Positions 39,184-49,567 of a stretch of DNA of 64,000 nucleotides are shown here, piece after piece. Source of the stretch: Candidatus Thiodiazotropha sp. (lineage in GTDB: Bacteria; Pseudomonadota; Gammaproteobacteria; Chromatiales; Chromatiaceae); NCBI GenBank assembly GCA_040507035.1, contig JBEVVR010000034.1:28589-92588 (forward strand), given 5' to 3'. The translations under genes were made by a program, and so were the position numbers. The notes under the pieces were generated by a model. That model ran no database searches, was not told where the DNA came from, and was given only the letters and a program-made list of their open reading frames with translations. Position 1 is the stretch's first letter, and the number at the start of each line of letters is the position of its first letter.

Positions 39184-40035
39184 ATGTCTCGATCACAACA
39201 CCATCAGCATGGGTTCTCATTGATATCACTGATGATTGCCAGCGCCATCGGTCTGTTTATCGTCGGCGGTATCGGTAAGATCTATATCGATGGCAAGAAC
39301 GCCTTCAATGCAAGGGCTGCGATCGCCGCGGCGACCGAGTCCTACCGTTTCACCTTCCAGGAGATGCGTCGCAACCTGATCATGGCAGGCAGGGGAATTG
39401 CAACATCCGACGACAGCGCTTCAGCCTACACCGATGCCCAGAGTGATCAGGGCCTGCGCACCTTTCCTGCCGTAGATCGCACTCCCGATGGCATCGTCAG
39501 CGGCACCCAACAATCAGACGATGGCTGGAGTCCGGCACCGCAGGAGTCGAGTATTGTCGCGATACGTTATGCATCTGGCCCTACACCATGCGGTGCGGAC
39601 AATCTAGATATGAGTGCCGGCACGGTAACGGTCAGATTCATCGTCAATGAAACAGGCGACCTTAACTGCCAGGTCTTTCAAAACAATGCACTATTTGACT
39701 CACAACCCATTGCTGCTGGTGTTGCCCAGATGCGTGCCCTCTATGGTGTCGACACCGATGCAGAGCCCGATGGGGTGGCGAACCGATATCTGACCGCCGC
39801 AGAAGTCACATCGCTGAACTGGATGAACGTGGTCTCGATCAGAATAGGCCTGGTGGTCAATTCCGGAACCGGTTATGAGCTGCCAGGCGCCTATCGTCCG
39901 GAAACACCGGAACAGTTGGATCTGCTTGGCGCAACCTTCACTGCACCCGACACCGACTATATCTACAGATCAGCGACCACCACTATCTCATTACGCAACC
40001 TGCACCACATGGATCGTCAATTTGCCGAGGAGTGA
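39184..40035 (+). CDS. pilW: Minor pilin PilW, copy 2
   Basis: G|FSLISLMIASAIG; paralogous to 33343-34173; start ATG 39184. Confidence 0.82.
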   Translation: MSRSQHHQHGFSLISLMIASAIGLFIVGGIGKIYIDGKNAFNARAAIAAATESYRFTFQEMRRNLIMAGRGIATSDDSASAYTDAQSDQGLRTFPAVDRTPDGIVSGTQQSDDGWSPAPQESSIVAIRYASGPTPCGADNLDMSAGTVTVRFIVNETGDLNCQVFQNNALFDSQPIAAGVAQMRALYGVDTDAEPDGVANRYLTAAEVTSLNWMNVVSIRIGLVVNSGTGYELPGAYRPETPEQLDLLGATFTAPDTDYIYRSATTTISLRNLHHMDRQFAEE

Positions 40036-40044
40036 GAAGTCATC

Positions 40045-40557
40045 ATGCCGCTAAGCAGACTTATAAAAACAGATAGCAAACAAACCGGCGCCGCCCTGGT
40101 TATCAGTCTCGTGATTCTCACAATCGTTACCCTGCTAAGTGTTACAGCCATGCGCAACACCAATCTGGACACCAAGATCGCGGTCAACCATCAATTCAAG
40201 GAGATCAGCTTTCGCGCCGCCGAGAATGCACTGGCTATCGTCACCGGTCCGGAGTTGAGTGTCCTGGACAACCTGGACATACCCAATGTAGAGGGTGAAA
40301 TCACCCGCAGCGATCCATTCTTCACCACCCATGATGAGCTAGGAAATCCTCTCGAACCGGCTTTTTCCGATCAGCTTCCGATGCGCGCGAGTCTTACCAT
40401 GGAGTATCAGGGGGAGAGACAGGGACTCTTTTTTTCCGGACACCAGCTGGACAACACAACCCACCTGTTTCTTGTGGATGCTGTCGGTACCGTGGCTGAA
40501 AGCGCCACCCACACACAAAACCGAATGCAGGTCGGATTGATACGACAACAGCATTAA
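40045..40557 (+). CDS. pilX: Minor pilin PilX, copy 2
   Basis: G|AALVISLVIL; 'TKIAVNHQFKE.SF.AAENAL' shared with copy 1. Confidence 0.82.
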   Translation: MPLSRLIKTDSKQTGAALVISLVILTIVTLLSVTAMRNTNLDTKIAVNHQFKEISFRAAENALAIVTGPELSVLDNLDIPNVEGEITRSDPFFTTHDELGNPLEPAFSDQLPMRASLTMEYQGERQGLFFSGHQLDNTTHLFLVDAVGTVAESATHTQNRMQVGLIRQQH

Positions 40558-40574
40558 GAAATGGATCCATCCCT

Positions 40575-43400
40575 ATGAGTCACCCTAGAACATTGAATGC
40601 ACATCAACCAATATCGGCGGTATTCGGTCTGTTAATTCTCATCACCTTCTCGGCTGGCCTCATGGCTGACGATATCGAGGTCTATCTGCAACCGCCACCT
40701 GATCAGGTACCCCCCAACATCCTGTTTCTCCTCGATGAATCGGGAAGTATGGACGGCGAGGTTGTGCGAGGCATCACGCGCCGGGACGCGCTGGTCAATG
40801 CATTGAACAGAATCCTCAATGCCGGCACACTGGACAATGTCAATGCCGCACTGCTTGGCTATAGTACGCTAACGGATACCGGTGAATCCGTACGCCTGGT
40901 AGCCCATACTGGTGATTTCACCCTAGTAGGCGATGAGAGAGCAAGCTTCAGATCGGCTATCGATCAGTTAGAGACGCTACACTACACCCCGACCACCGAT
41001 GCCTTGGCTGCCGCTGTCGATTGGTTCCATCCTGATCGGATCCCGAGTCAAATTCAACCCAGCGGTTTGCAGTCACCATTGACCGGCGATCCCGAAATAC
41101 TCAAATGTGCGCCAAACCGAATCGTCTTGCTTTCCGACGGTGCTCCCAATACCAGTACCAGAACCGTATATGAAGGCATTCCCTGTGCAGAGGTATCTCT
41201 TTTCGATAGTGCCGGTCGTAACGAGGGTGCGCGTTGCTCCAATGAGATCAGCGCTTGGGCCTATAATACCGATTTGGCAACCGGTGAGGGTTGGGATGGG
41301 ACTCAGAATATCCTCACCTACACCCTCTCTTTCGGCACCACGCCCGGATCTGATACCCAGCGGTACATGAATAGGGTAGCCCGTTCGGGTGGCGGCGAGT
41401 CATGGATCGTCGCCAATGAAGATGAGATCGCCGAGGCCTTCAGCTACATCATCAATGAGGCACAGAACTCAATCCGCTACGTGATGAACGCACCCACCAT
41501 TCCCTTCAATCCAGACAATGCCGCGGTCAGTGAGGACGTTATCTTTGTCCCTCTCTTTTACCCAGATGCCAGAAGATTTTGGCATGGCAATCTGAAGAAA
41601 TATAACGTCAATGTCACCGACGACGAAATTGAACTCCGGGCACGTGGCGGGCAGCGGGTACTCAATGACGATCATACTTTTGCCAGTACGATTGACCTCT
41701 TCTGTGATCACAGAAGCTGCGAGCCCGATGAAGGCGACCCCCTGGTCGGTGGCGCCGCCAGCAATATGACCGGGTTGAGAAACCTCTATACAAACCTGGA
41801 TCACGGGCATCCTCTCAACCATCAGACAAACCGGGTTCACCGGGATACGGCCAACATCACCAATGAATTGCTCGATGTCAGCAGTGAGGAAGAGCGTATC
41901 CAGCTACTCAATTGGATCACCCGGGACCCCGCCTATATCGCCACAGAAGAGCAGCCTTCCCTCGACGGGGTGATGGGCGCTCCTATCCATCCCCAGCCCG
42001 TGGTTGTCGACTATGACGGCCAAGGGCGCACCGTCTACATACCCACCAGCGAGGGTGTGCTGGAGGCCATAGATGCAGAAACCGGTGAGGAGCTCTGGGC
42101 CTTCATGCCGCAAGACCTGTTGCGAAATATCCGCCAGCTTAGGAACAATGAACCCTCGGTGACGCCCTACTACGGCCTCGACGGCCCGCTGACCGTCTAT
42201 GAGACCGATGGCAGAAAGATGGCCATAGTCGGCATGCGGCGGGGAGGCAGGAAATACCATCTCCTGGACATCAGCGATCGGCGGCAGCCTGTCTATGTCA
42301 GCGAAATATCAGCTGACGCCGCACCAACGGAGTTCTCCAACCTGGGACAAACCTGGTCCAAACCCCTATTCGCAACCATGTGGATCAACAATGCGGAACG
42401 CGAGGTGCTGATCTTCGGCGGCGGTTACGATCCCGACCAGGACAATGGCAATGGTGCCGACGACGAAGGCAATGCAATCTATGTGGTCGATGCAGCGGAC
42501 GGGTCGCTGCTGATCTCTGTATCCAACAGCGGCGCATCACTCAATATCAACGACATGGAAAACGCCATACCCAGCAACCTCGCCACCGTGGATATCAACG
42601 GTAACGGTATCGTGGATCGCATCTATGCCGCCGATGTAGGTGGCAGAATCATCCGCGCCGATTTCGAGGATCGGGACAGGGCGGACAATGCTCTATCCGG
42701 TGGTATCATCGCCGACATCAACCAGGGAGCCAATGCCCACCGCAAGTTCTTCACCACCCCCCAGGTTGGTTACTATTCAAAGGGCGCGCATCAGTTCCTG
42801 GCGTTATTGATCGGCACCGGTGATCATGCCGATCCTCTCGAGACCCATATCACCGACCGCTTCTACATGATCAAAGACGGCAACATCTGGGATCATGCCA
42901 TCAGTCAGCAACCCGCCGTTGACAACGACTTCATCAATGCCAGCACCACCGCCCTGGTCAACGGTGAGGTATTGACCCACTATCGGGGTTGGTATATCAA
43001 CTTCGAAGGTTCGGAGAAGTCCTTCTCCAGGGCGATTCTCTATGACTATTCGATCTTCTTCACTACCTACAGCGCTGAGAGGGTAGTCCCCGACGAACCC
43101 TGCGAAGTCGAGTATACAAGAGGGACTGCCAGGATCTACGGCCTCGACCTCATCAGCGCCAATGCCGCCGTCAACTGGAACGGCATTACAGAGCATGAAC
43201 TCACCATCAGTGATCGCTCATCCCAGCTACGACTCCAGGGTATCCCCCCCTCACCGATGCTGTTCTTTCCCGGCGGTGTCGATGACAATGGGGATGCCGT
43301 GATTGGCAGAAGAATCTTCCTCTTTGCCGATCTACAGAAGAAACACGAATGGAGCGACCGCTTCCGTCCCATCTACTGGGAGGAGGTGATCGAGGATTAG
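40575..43400 (+). CDS. pilY1: Type IV pilus tip adhesin PilY1, copy 2
   Basis: 'LLDESGSM', 'WHGNLKKY', 'LGQTWSKP', 'DINGNGIVD'; ends 'PIYWEEV' like copy 1. Confidence 0.88.
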   Translation: MSHPRTLNAHQPISAVFGLLILITFSAGLMADDIEVYLQPPPDQVPPNILFLLDESGSMDGEVVRGITRRDALVNALNRILNAGTLDNVNAALLGYSTLTDTGESVRLVAHTGDFTLVGDERASFRSAIDQLETLHYTPTTDALAAAVDWFHPDRIPSQIQPSGLQSPLTGDPEILKCAPNRIVLLSDGAPNTSTRTVYEGIPCAEVSLFDSAGRNEGARCSNEISAWAYNTDLATGEGWDGTQNILTYTLSFGTTPGSDTQRYMNRVARSGGGESWIVANEDEIAEAFSYIINEAQNSIRYVMNAPTIPFNPDNAAVSEDVIFVPLFYPDARRFWHGNLKKYNVNVTDDEIELRARGGQRVLNDDHTFASTIDLFCDHRSCEPDEGDPLVGGAASNMTGLRNLYTNLDHGHPLNHQTNRVHRDTANITNELLDVSSEEERIQLLNWITRDPAYIATEEQPSLDGVMGAPIHPQPVVVDYDGQGRTVYIPTSEGVLEAIDAETGEELWAFMPQDLLRNIRQLRNNEPSVTPYYGLDGPLTVYETDGRKMAIVGMRRGGRKYHLLDISDRRQPVYVSEISADAAPTEFSNLGQTWSKPLFATMWINNAEREVLIFGGGYDPDQDNGNGADDEGNAIYVVDAADGSLLISVSNSGASLNINDMENAIPSNLATVDINGNGIVDRIYAADVGGRIIRADFEDRDRADNALSGGIIADINQGANAHRKFFTTPQVGYYSKGAHQFLALLIGTGDHADPLETHITDRFYMIKDGNIWDHAISQQPAVDNDFINASTTALVNGEVLTHYRGWYINFEGSEKSFSRAILYDYSIFFTTYSAERVVPDEPCEVEYTRGTARIYGLDLISANAAVNWNGITEHELTISDRSSQLRLQGIPPSPMLFFPGGVDDNGDAVIGRRIFLFADLQKKHEWSDRFRPIYWEEVIED

Positions 43401-43479
43401 GGCATCATCTGTCCAGGCATGGTATCCTCTGTTGGTGAACATACCCGTCTAATCACTCATTCTATATTAAAGGTTTTTC

Positions 43480-44565
43480 ATGACAGATTGCCTCATAGTA
43501 GGCGGCGGCATCATCGGCATGCTCACAGCCGCTGAACTACATGAAGCAGGGATGGCTGTCACTTTGATCGATAAGGGCAATACCGGCCGCGAATCCTCCT
43601 GGGCGGGGGGCGGTATCATCTCCCCGCTCTACCCCTGGCGCTACGACGACGCCATTAGCCGGCTCGCCAAATGGAGTCAGGGACACTACCCGGAACTGTG
43701 TGAAAAACTCATCGCTGCCGGTGGACCCGATCCCGAATACACGCAAAACGGCCTGCTTATCCTCGAACCAGAGGATATACCGATCGCCCACACATGGTCG
43801 GAGGGATTCAGACAATCCCTGCAAAGGCTTGATGGAAATGCCATCTCACAGTGCGAACCAAAGCTGCTATCCGACACCGAAGAGGCGATCTGGCTCCCCG
43901 AGGTCGCGCAGATACGCAATCCGCGCCTCACCAAGTCCCTCGCCCATACCATCCGCGATAAGATTGAAATCCGCGAGCAGACGGAAGCGACCCAACTCTT
44001 GATCGAACAGGGCCGCATCCGCGGCATCGACACAACCGAGGGCACGATCCCGGCGAACAAGGTCGTCATCTGCGCCGGTGCCTGGAGCGGCACCCTGCTC
44101 CGCGACATCGTCACCCCCCCGGCCATCGAGCCGGTCCTCGGACAGATGATCATCTTCCGCCACCGCCCGGGTGAGATCTCGCGCATCGTCCTCCATAACG
44201 ACCGCTACGTCATCCCCCGCCGCGACGGCCGAATCCTGGTCGGCAGCACCCTGGAACACCGGGGTTTCGATAAAACCACCACCGAGGCGGCGAAACAGGA
44301 ACTCAAGGCGTTCGCCCTCGCCCACTTCCCCTGCCTGCAAGGGACGGAAATCGAACACCACTGGGCCGGTCTGAGGCCTGGCTCCCCCAGCGGCATCCCC
44401 TATATCGGTCCGGTCCCGGAAGTCGATGGCCTTCACATCAATGCTGGGCATTTTCGCAACGGGGTAGTGCTGGGGCCGGCTTCGGCCAGGCTACTGGCCG
44501 ATCTGCTGTTGGAGCGCGAGCCAATTCTGGACCCCAGCGCCTATGTTATTGATGCAGAAAGATAA
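43480..44565 (+). CDS. thiO: Glycine oxidase ThiO / DAO-family FAD oxidoreductase
   Basis: VGGGIIG, SSWAGGGI, WAGLRPG, GHFRNG; the same neighbourhood as pil clusters in other gammaproteobacteria. Confidence 0.82.
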   Translation: MTDCLIVGGGIIGMLTAAELHEAGMAVTLIDKGNTGRESSWAGGGIISPLYPWRYDDAISRLAKWSQGHYPELCEKLIAAGGPDPEYTQNGLLILEPEDIPIAHTWSEGFRQSLQRLDGNAISQCEPKLLSDTEEAIWLPEVAQIRNPRLTKSLAHTIRDKIEIREQTEATQLLIEQGRIRGIDTTEGTIPANKVVICAGAWSGTLLRDIVTPPAIEPVLGQMIIFRHRPGEISRIVLHNDRYVIPRRDGRILVGSTLEHRGFDKTTTEAAKQELKAFALAHFPCLQGTEIEHHWAGLRPGSPSGIPYIGPVPEVDGLHINAGHFRNGVVLGPASARLLADLLLEREPILDPSAYVIDAER

Positions 44566-44608
44566 ATCAGACCTTAACACCCCTTACAATCCCGCTCCCG
44601 AGTGCCCC

Positions 44609-44630
44609 GTAGGGTGCGGCTTGCCGCAGC
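44609..44630 (+). repeat. GTAG-type REP palindrome
   Basis: GTAG-GG-TGCGGC-TT-GCCGCA. Confidence 0.5.
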
Positions 44631-44681
44631 GCAAAAAACTAGACCCGAAAACGCCTCAACCGCTATAATTGCCCGCTTTCG

Positions 44682-44757
<76 letters not shown>

Positions 44758-45100
44758 TATATATTCTATCATTCATATAATCAGACACTCACAAACCAGC
44801 ATCTCTTTTTAGTCACTCAGTATTACGCTGATTTTAAGAAAAAATAGTAATACTGATGCATCTTCTACCCATAACTATAATTCACCAATTCGGTCATATA
44901 TTTCGCTGTATTTATCACCAGTCCCCATGCGCGCAATGTAATTAATAGGGAATAGTGATAATCGACAATCCATTAGGTTTCATGGTCAACTTAATATATA
45001 TACCTAGTTGATCAACAGACAACTCAACAATATGTAACAAGAAAAAGATCAGCGTATACATTAGCAGTTCATTCTGCCATTAAGCCTTGCGATTTATTTC

Positions 45101-46162
45101 ATGACTTATTTAGAGAAATTATTTTCATTTTTTATTGGTTGTATTTTTTCATCCGTAGCTTGGTTTTATGGATTTACATTAATAACGCTTTCAGCTACTG
45201 GCGTCATATTCATTGCTTTTCTAATAATCAATGTTATGTTAGGTATCACTATTGATGAGAATATATTTTTGTCAATAATATACACAATATGTGGGATTAC
45301 AATCTCATATATTTTCCACGCGCCTGTACTACTTGCCGGTAGAAGATTATATCCATTTCGATTTGGACAAAAATCTAATAATAAATTTCATAGTAAAATA
45401 TTTATTGGAATGCTAATTTCAATATCTGCAGTTGCGGTAATAATGAATGATAATACGCCCTTTATCTACATGATAATTTTTGCAAGCGCAATTATTTACT
45501 ATGTCTTCTATGCTGATCAAATGATCTGGAAAGGAACTCCGAATGGAAGATTCGCTATTTTTCTAAGAAGGTTCGATAAAACAGGAGATAGGGCTGTATT
45601 TCCGGTAATTTTAAAAAAATTACCTCCTGATATGACATTAGTCCTTATTGTTGGCAGTGGAGGTTCAACCTGGGATCCATTTCCAATAATAACAGAAATA
45701 AAAAACGTTATATTCTTATCCAAAAGTGAAGACTGGGAACAACATATAAAGTTGCTCATTGAATCAGCATCTGTAATCATTCTTGATTATTCGGATGTTA
45801 GTGAGGCTATTGATTCAGAAGTAAGCTTCATAGTTGAAACAGAAGGGCTGGGGAAAACTATTTTTTTATATGATAAAAAGAACAAGAGCAAAGAAGCAAT
45901 CCCAGACCAAGCACTGCATTCAGTACCATATAAAAAGGGTATTTACAGCACCAATCTTTTACGTATGGTAATAGGTTTTGTTTTATTGGTTATTATTCCT
46001 CAGTATTTATACACGAAGATTTCCGGAAGTCCCGTACCAGGTCTTATTCCAACTGTAATTCTTGTGCTCATATGGGGCTGGTTATTTTTACGTCGTTATA
46101 TGGACCCATGGTCATCAAAATCCCTGGAACTGCATATACAAAGGATATTAGCTAGCCAATAG
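45101..46162 (+). CDS. AT-rich membrane protein with a central alpha/beta domain
   Basis: About four N-terminal and two C-terminal TM segments; soluble part 'IFLRRFD...EDWEQHIKLLIESASVIILDYS..SEAIDSEV'. Confidence 0.65.
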   Translation: MTYLEKLFSFFIGCIFSSVAWFYGFTLITLSATGVIFIAFLIINVMLGITIDENIFLSIIYTICGITISYIFHAPVLLAGRRLYPFRFGQKSNNKFHSKIFIGMLISISAVAVIMNDNTPFIYMIIFASAIIYYVFYADQMIWKGTPNGRFAIFLRRFDKTGDRAVFPVILKKLPPDMTLVLIVGSGGSTWDPFPIITEIKNVIFLSKSEDWEQHIKLLIESASVIILDYSDVSEAIDSEVSFIVETEGLGKTIFLYDKKNKSKEAIPDQALHSVPYKKGIYSTNLLRMVIGFVLLVIIPQYLYTKISGSPVPGLIPTVILVLIWGWLFLRRYMDPWSSKSLELHIQRILASQ

Positions 46163-46305
46163 GACACAAACAATAAACAAGACACCCACCTTTAAACCAC
46201 CAACTCAACACTCCCCAAACACCACACAAATCAGCACGGAAACCATTTAATGGGTGTCCCAGGAAACTATCAGGAAACTAGCCTCACGAATCATCGCCGC
46301 CTTGA

Positions 46306-46980
46306 TCACAGACATGAGCCATTAAATGACTCTCGTGATGCACTACACTTCAGTTGAATCAAGTACATGGGTTCGCTGGGTGGTGAATTGTGCGCAAACT
46401 CGATTAGTATTGCCATGTCCTGTGCAAGCAAAGACGTTAGAAATAGGCTTTGATGGGCGGTGCAATAGAACTCTTTTTCTCCATGCAGTTCATATATGTT
46501 TCCTGATTTTTGGACAATCGATCCTGGTGCGGGTGTGCGATTGACCGCTATATCAAAATACTCCGTATCTAACGCCAATTCCTTGCTCCTTACCGTAATG
46601 AGCGTTCGTCTCTGTGATGGCGTGCCCTCGGACGGGTTTTCCAGATCTTCGACAATGACCTGCACCTTGTAGCTGTAGCCCCATTCATATTCGAAGCCAT
46701 CGATAGGCCCGTCGAGCACCACCCATTCATCTTCAGGGCTTTCCCTTGCTCTCAAGCACAGCCCCACTGTAGTGCCGGTACACTCAGATTTGTAATGATC
46801 AATATATAACTCCCTGGTATTCCCTTTTCCAGATGGATTATTACAGCCACACAGGGCGGCTAATAGCACAGTTACGATGATGTGGAAAAAGAAGCCTTTA
46901 CAGATCTTTTGGGTCGGGTTGTGACAGATCGTCGCTATTGCTGGCCGTCGTTCTAACGAATACTTTCTTGTAGTCATCAC
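46306..46980 (-). CDS. DUF4377-domain lipoprotein
   Basis: Lipobox LCG-C; 'IDHYKSEC.G....CL....W....I.GFEYEWGYSY'. Start uncertain. Confidence 0.7.
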   Translation of the reverse strand: MMTTRKYSLERRPAIATICHNPTQKICKGFFFHIIVTVLLAALCGCNNPSGKGNTRELYIDHYKSECTGTTVGLCLRARESPEDEWVVLDGPIDGFEYEWGYSYKVQVIVEDLENPSEGTPSQRRTLITVRSKELALDTEYFDIAVNRTPAPGSIVQKSGNIYELHGEKEFYCTAHQSLFLTSLLAQDMAILIEFAHNSPPSEPMYLIQLKCSASRESFNGSCL

Positions 46981-47214
46981 ATTTTTTCCATGTTTCCATA
47001 CAAATGACCGACGAGATCAACTATAGTTGAGTTGTTGACCAATACAACTCTTCGCTTTAGTTTCTGTTTTTCATTACATACATGGGAATATAACGAGCTT
47101 GTAGAAAATCGCAGACTTTAAATTAATCTCACTTTCTGACTATACGCCGACTTGGCTTTTCGCAAATACCTAGCAACAGGCTCATGCAGCAGCGGATGAC
47201 CGCTAAGTTCATCG

Positions 47215-47370
47215 TCGGGCGCGAACCCAACACGTCACGGGTCGATTGTCTTCTGTTCGTCGTTTACACCATGATGCAACGAGGCAAGCACCATGGATGA
47301 GCAGGGTGCGCAAATAACTACGCCTTTCCTGACCAGTCAAGAAGCTCAAGGTAATCCTGCACTCGCGGGT
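47215..47370 (-). pseudogene. IS110-family transposase fragment
   Basis: Minus-strand frame reads ...GQERRSYLRTLLIHGACLVASW...RARR*, matching the IS110 C-terminal motif G..YLRTLLIHGA; no start or full ORF. Confidence 0.55.
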
Positions 47371-47451
47371 GAAGCTTAGCGACCCGCTGTCGTCGATGTC
47401 TATAGCTTTGAACTGAAAGTACTATAGCAATAGGAAGTACCCAGACATTAA

Positions 47452-49557
47452 TTAACTCATTCGAATAGGCAATTCATAACTTGACCTACCTGTTGCATTT
47501 AAAACAGCATTTGCAATGGCTGGGGCAAGTGGCGGCACACCAGGCTCTCCTATTCCCTCGGGATTCTCTGAGCTTTTCAATATATGCACTTCAATACTAG
47601 GAACTTCATCTAAACGAATGATAGGGTAGTTATAAAAGTTTTTTTGCTCTACCTGGCAATTGTTAACGGTAATCTTTGATTTAGTTGCTGCTGTAAGCCC
47701 CCAAATAATCCCTCCTTCCATTTGCTGCTTAACAATATCAGGGTTAACTGCCACACCACAGTCTACTACACAAAAGACTTTATGAAGCTTAAAACCATTT
47801 TCCTTAATCTTTTTGAGCATCACGACTTCTGCAACATAGCTTCCAAAGGTCCTAGCCGCAGCGATCCCGTAAATGTACTCCTCATTCGCCCTCTCACTCC
47901 AACCTGAAAGCTCTGCAACAGTCTCTATCACTTTACTTAACCGACTTGAATTTTTTAACAAATTCAAGCGATACTCGATTGGGTCATAGTTGCTTTGTAA
48001 CGCCAGTTCGTCTATTAAATGCTCAATGACATAAACATTGTAATGTGCACCTACAGATCGCCACGAACCCTTGCGCAGGTACTCCGGGCCATTTAGAACT
48101 TCGATTTTCTTATTTGGTATGTCATATAGATGATCAGCGCCTATTGCATTGACTCCTCCTCCCTTAATTATATGATGCCATGCTAACGGATAGCCTTGAT
48201 CATCTAGACATACTGAAATGTCATGCAGCGTTAGAGGATGAAAATAGTCCTGCTTTAAATCTTCCTCTCGGGACCAAACGTGCTGTACTGGATGCTTATA
48301 GCGTTTGGATATTTGAACTGATTCTGAAACATAATCATGCTGCAAGCGCCTTCCAAACCCTCCTCCTAAGTAGGTAGTATTGACATTAATCGTATCATCA
48401 TAACCTCCTAGGATATCATTTTTTAGTTGCCTTAGTTTCCGCTCTATTTTTGATTGAGCAATATTTTTAGCGACATCATAGACTCCGGATGGTGATTGAG
48501 TCGGTACCCATATTTCAACATCTCCATCATCTTTAAAATGCGTTGTGCAATTCATTGTCTCCATTGTCATATGGGCTTGGAAGGGCAGGATGTATTCACG
48601 TTTTACAATACGATTTGAAGATTTGAATACCTCATCGACATTCCCAAGAGTCTCCTCCTTTACTCTGCTGTTTTCATCTAATTGCCGAGTCTTATCGATT
48701 ATTGTCTCTGTATCCTGACATTCAACTTGCTCAGACCATTCGACAGCAAGTATCTTTGCGGCTTCAAAAACAGTCCACGTATCCTTTCCGACGATAGCCA
48801 CCCCTTGATCTATAGAAAACACATCTATTACTCCAGCCATGTTTGTTATTGAAGCTGGATCATAGCTAATCAACTTAGCGCCGATAAACGGAGGGTGCAC
48901 TACTGTTGAATATAATTGGTCTTTAAGTTTGATGTCCATACCAAACAGAGCAGTGCCGTTTACTTTGCTGACTAAATCTTTTCTTGGCACGGGTTTCCCA
49001 ATAATTGAAAATTCACTGATGTTTTTTAGTGAAACCTGTTCGTCAATTTCCAAGCCATCTGCTATAGGTATTAATTCTCCATAACTAATTTTTTTGTCAC
49101 CAGTAATCACGTACCCCTGCCCTGCCGTACAACGCTCCTTATCCACCTTAAAATGCAGTGCTCCGGCGCGGATAAATAATTCCCTCGTTAGCGCAGCTGC
49201 CAGCCTTAATTTACCCCACCCTCTTCTTATACTATTACTGCCTCCGGTGAACTGATAGCCATATACGGGATCTACTGACGCCCTCTCCACTAGCACTTTA
49301 TCCCAATTGACCTCAAGTTCTTCTGCGACCAACATAGGGAGTGCAGTATACGTCCCTTGCCCCATCTCTGATTCAGATACAATTACCGTTATAGTATTGT
49401 CTGGAGAAACTCTAATCCAAATATTAGGCATGAGGTTGTTGGATGTATTTTGTTTTTGTGATTCACAACCAACATTAACCCCTAAAAACAGGCTACCACT
49501 TGCTACCAGTCCAGAAACCTTTAAAAAATCTCTGCGAGAAATTGGTATTTGGTTCAC
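47452..49557 (-). CDS. iorB: Molybdopterin-binding subunit, isoquinoline/aldehyde oxidoreductase beta type
   Basis: Tat signal SRRDFLK, 'SEMGQG..T.L..LVAEEL', 'GGGFGRR', 'WRSVG', 'GIGEPGVPP.APAIANA'. Confidence 0.85.
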   Translation of the reverse strand: MNQIPISRRDFLKVSGLVASGSLFLGVNVGCESQKQNTSNNLMPNIWIRVSPDNTITVIVSESEMGQGTYTALPMLVAEELEVNWDKVLVERASVDPVYGYQFTGGSNSIRRGWGKLRLAAALTRELFIRAGALHFKVDKERCTAGQGYVITGDKKISYGELIPIADGLEIDEQVSLKNISEFSIIGKPVPRKDLVSKVNGTALFGMDIKLKDQLYSTVVHPPFIGAKLISYDPASITNMAGVIDVFSIDQGVAIVGKDTWTVFEAAKILAVEWSEQVECQDTETIIDKTRQLDENSRVKEETLGNVDEVFKSSNRIVKREYILPFQAHMTMETMNCTTHFKDDGDVEIWVPTQSPSGVYDVAKNIAQSKIERKLRQLKNDILGGYDDTINVNTTYLGGGFGRRLQHDYVSESVQISKRYKHPVQHVWSREEDLKQDYFHPLTLHDISVCLDDQGYPLAWHHIIKGGGVNAIGADHLYDIPNKKIEVLNGPEYLRKGSWRSVGAHYNVYVIEHLIDELALQSNYDPIEYRLNLLKNSSRLSKVIETVAELSGWSERANEEYIYGIAAARTFGSYVAEVVMLKKIKENGFKLHKVFCVVDCGVAVNPDIVKQQMEGGIIWGLTAATKSKITVNNCQVEQKNFYNYPIIRLDEVPSIEVHILKSSENPEGIGEPGVPPLAPAIANAVLNATGRSSYELPIRMS

Positions 49558-49567
49558 TTATACATCC

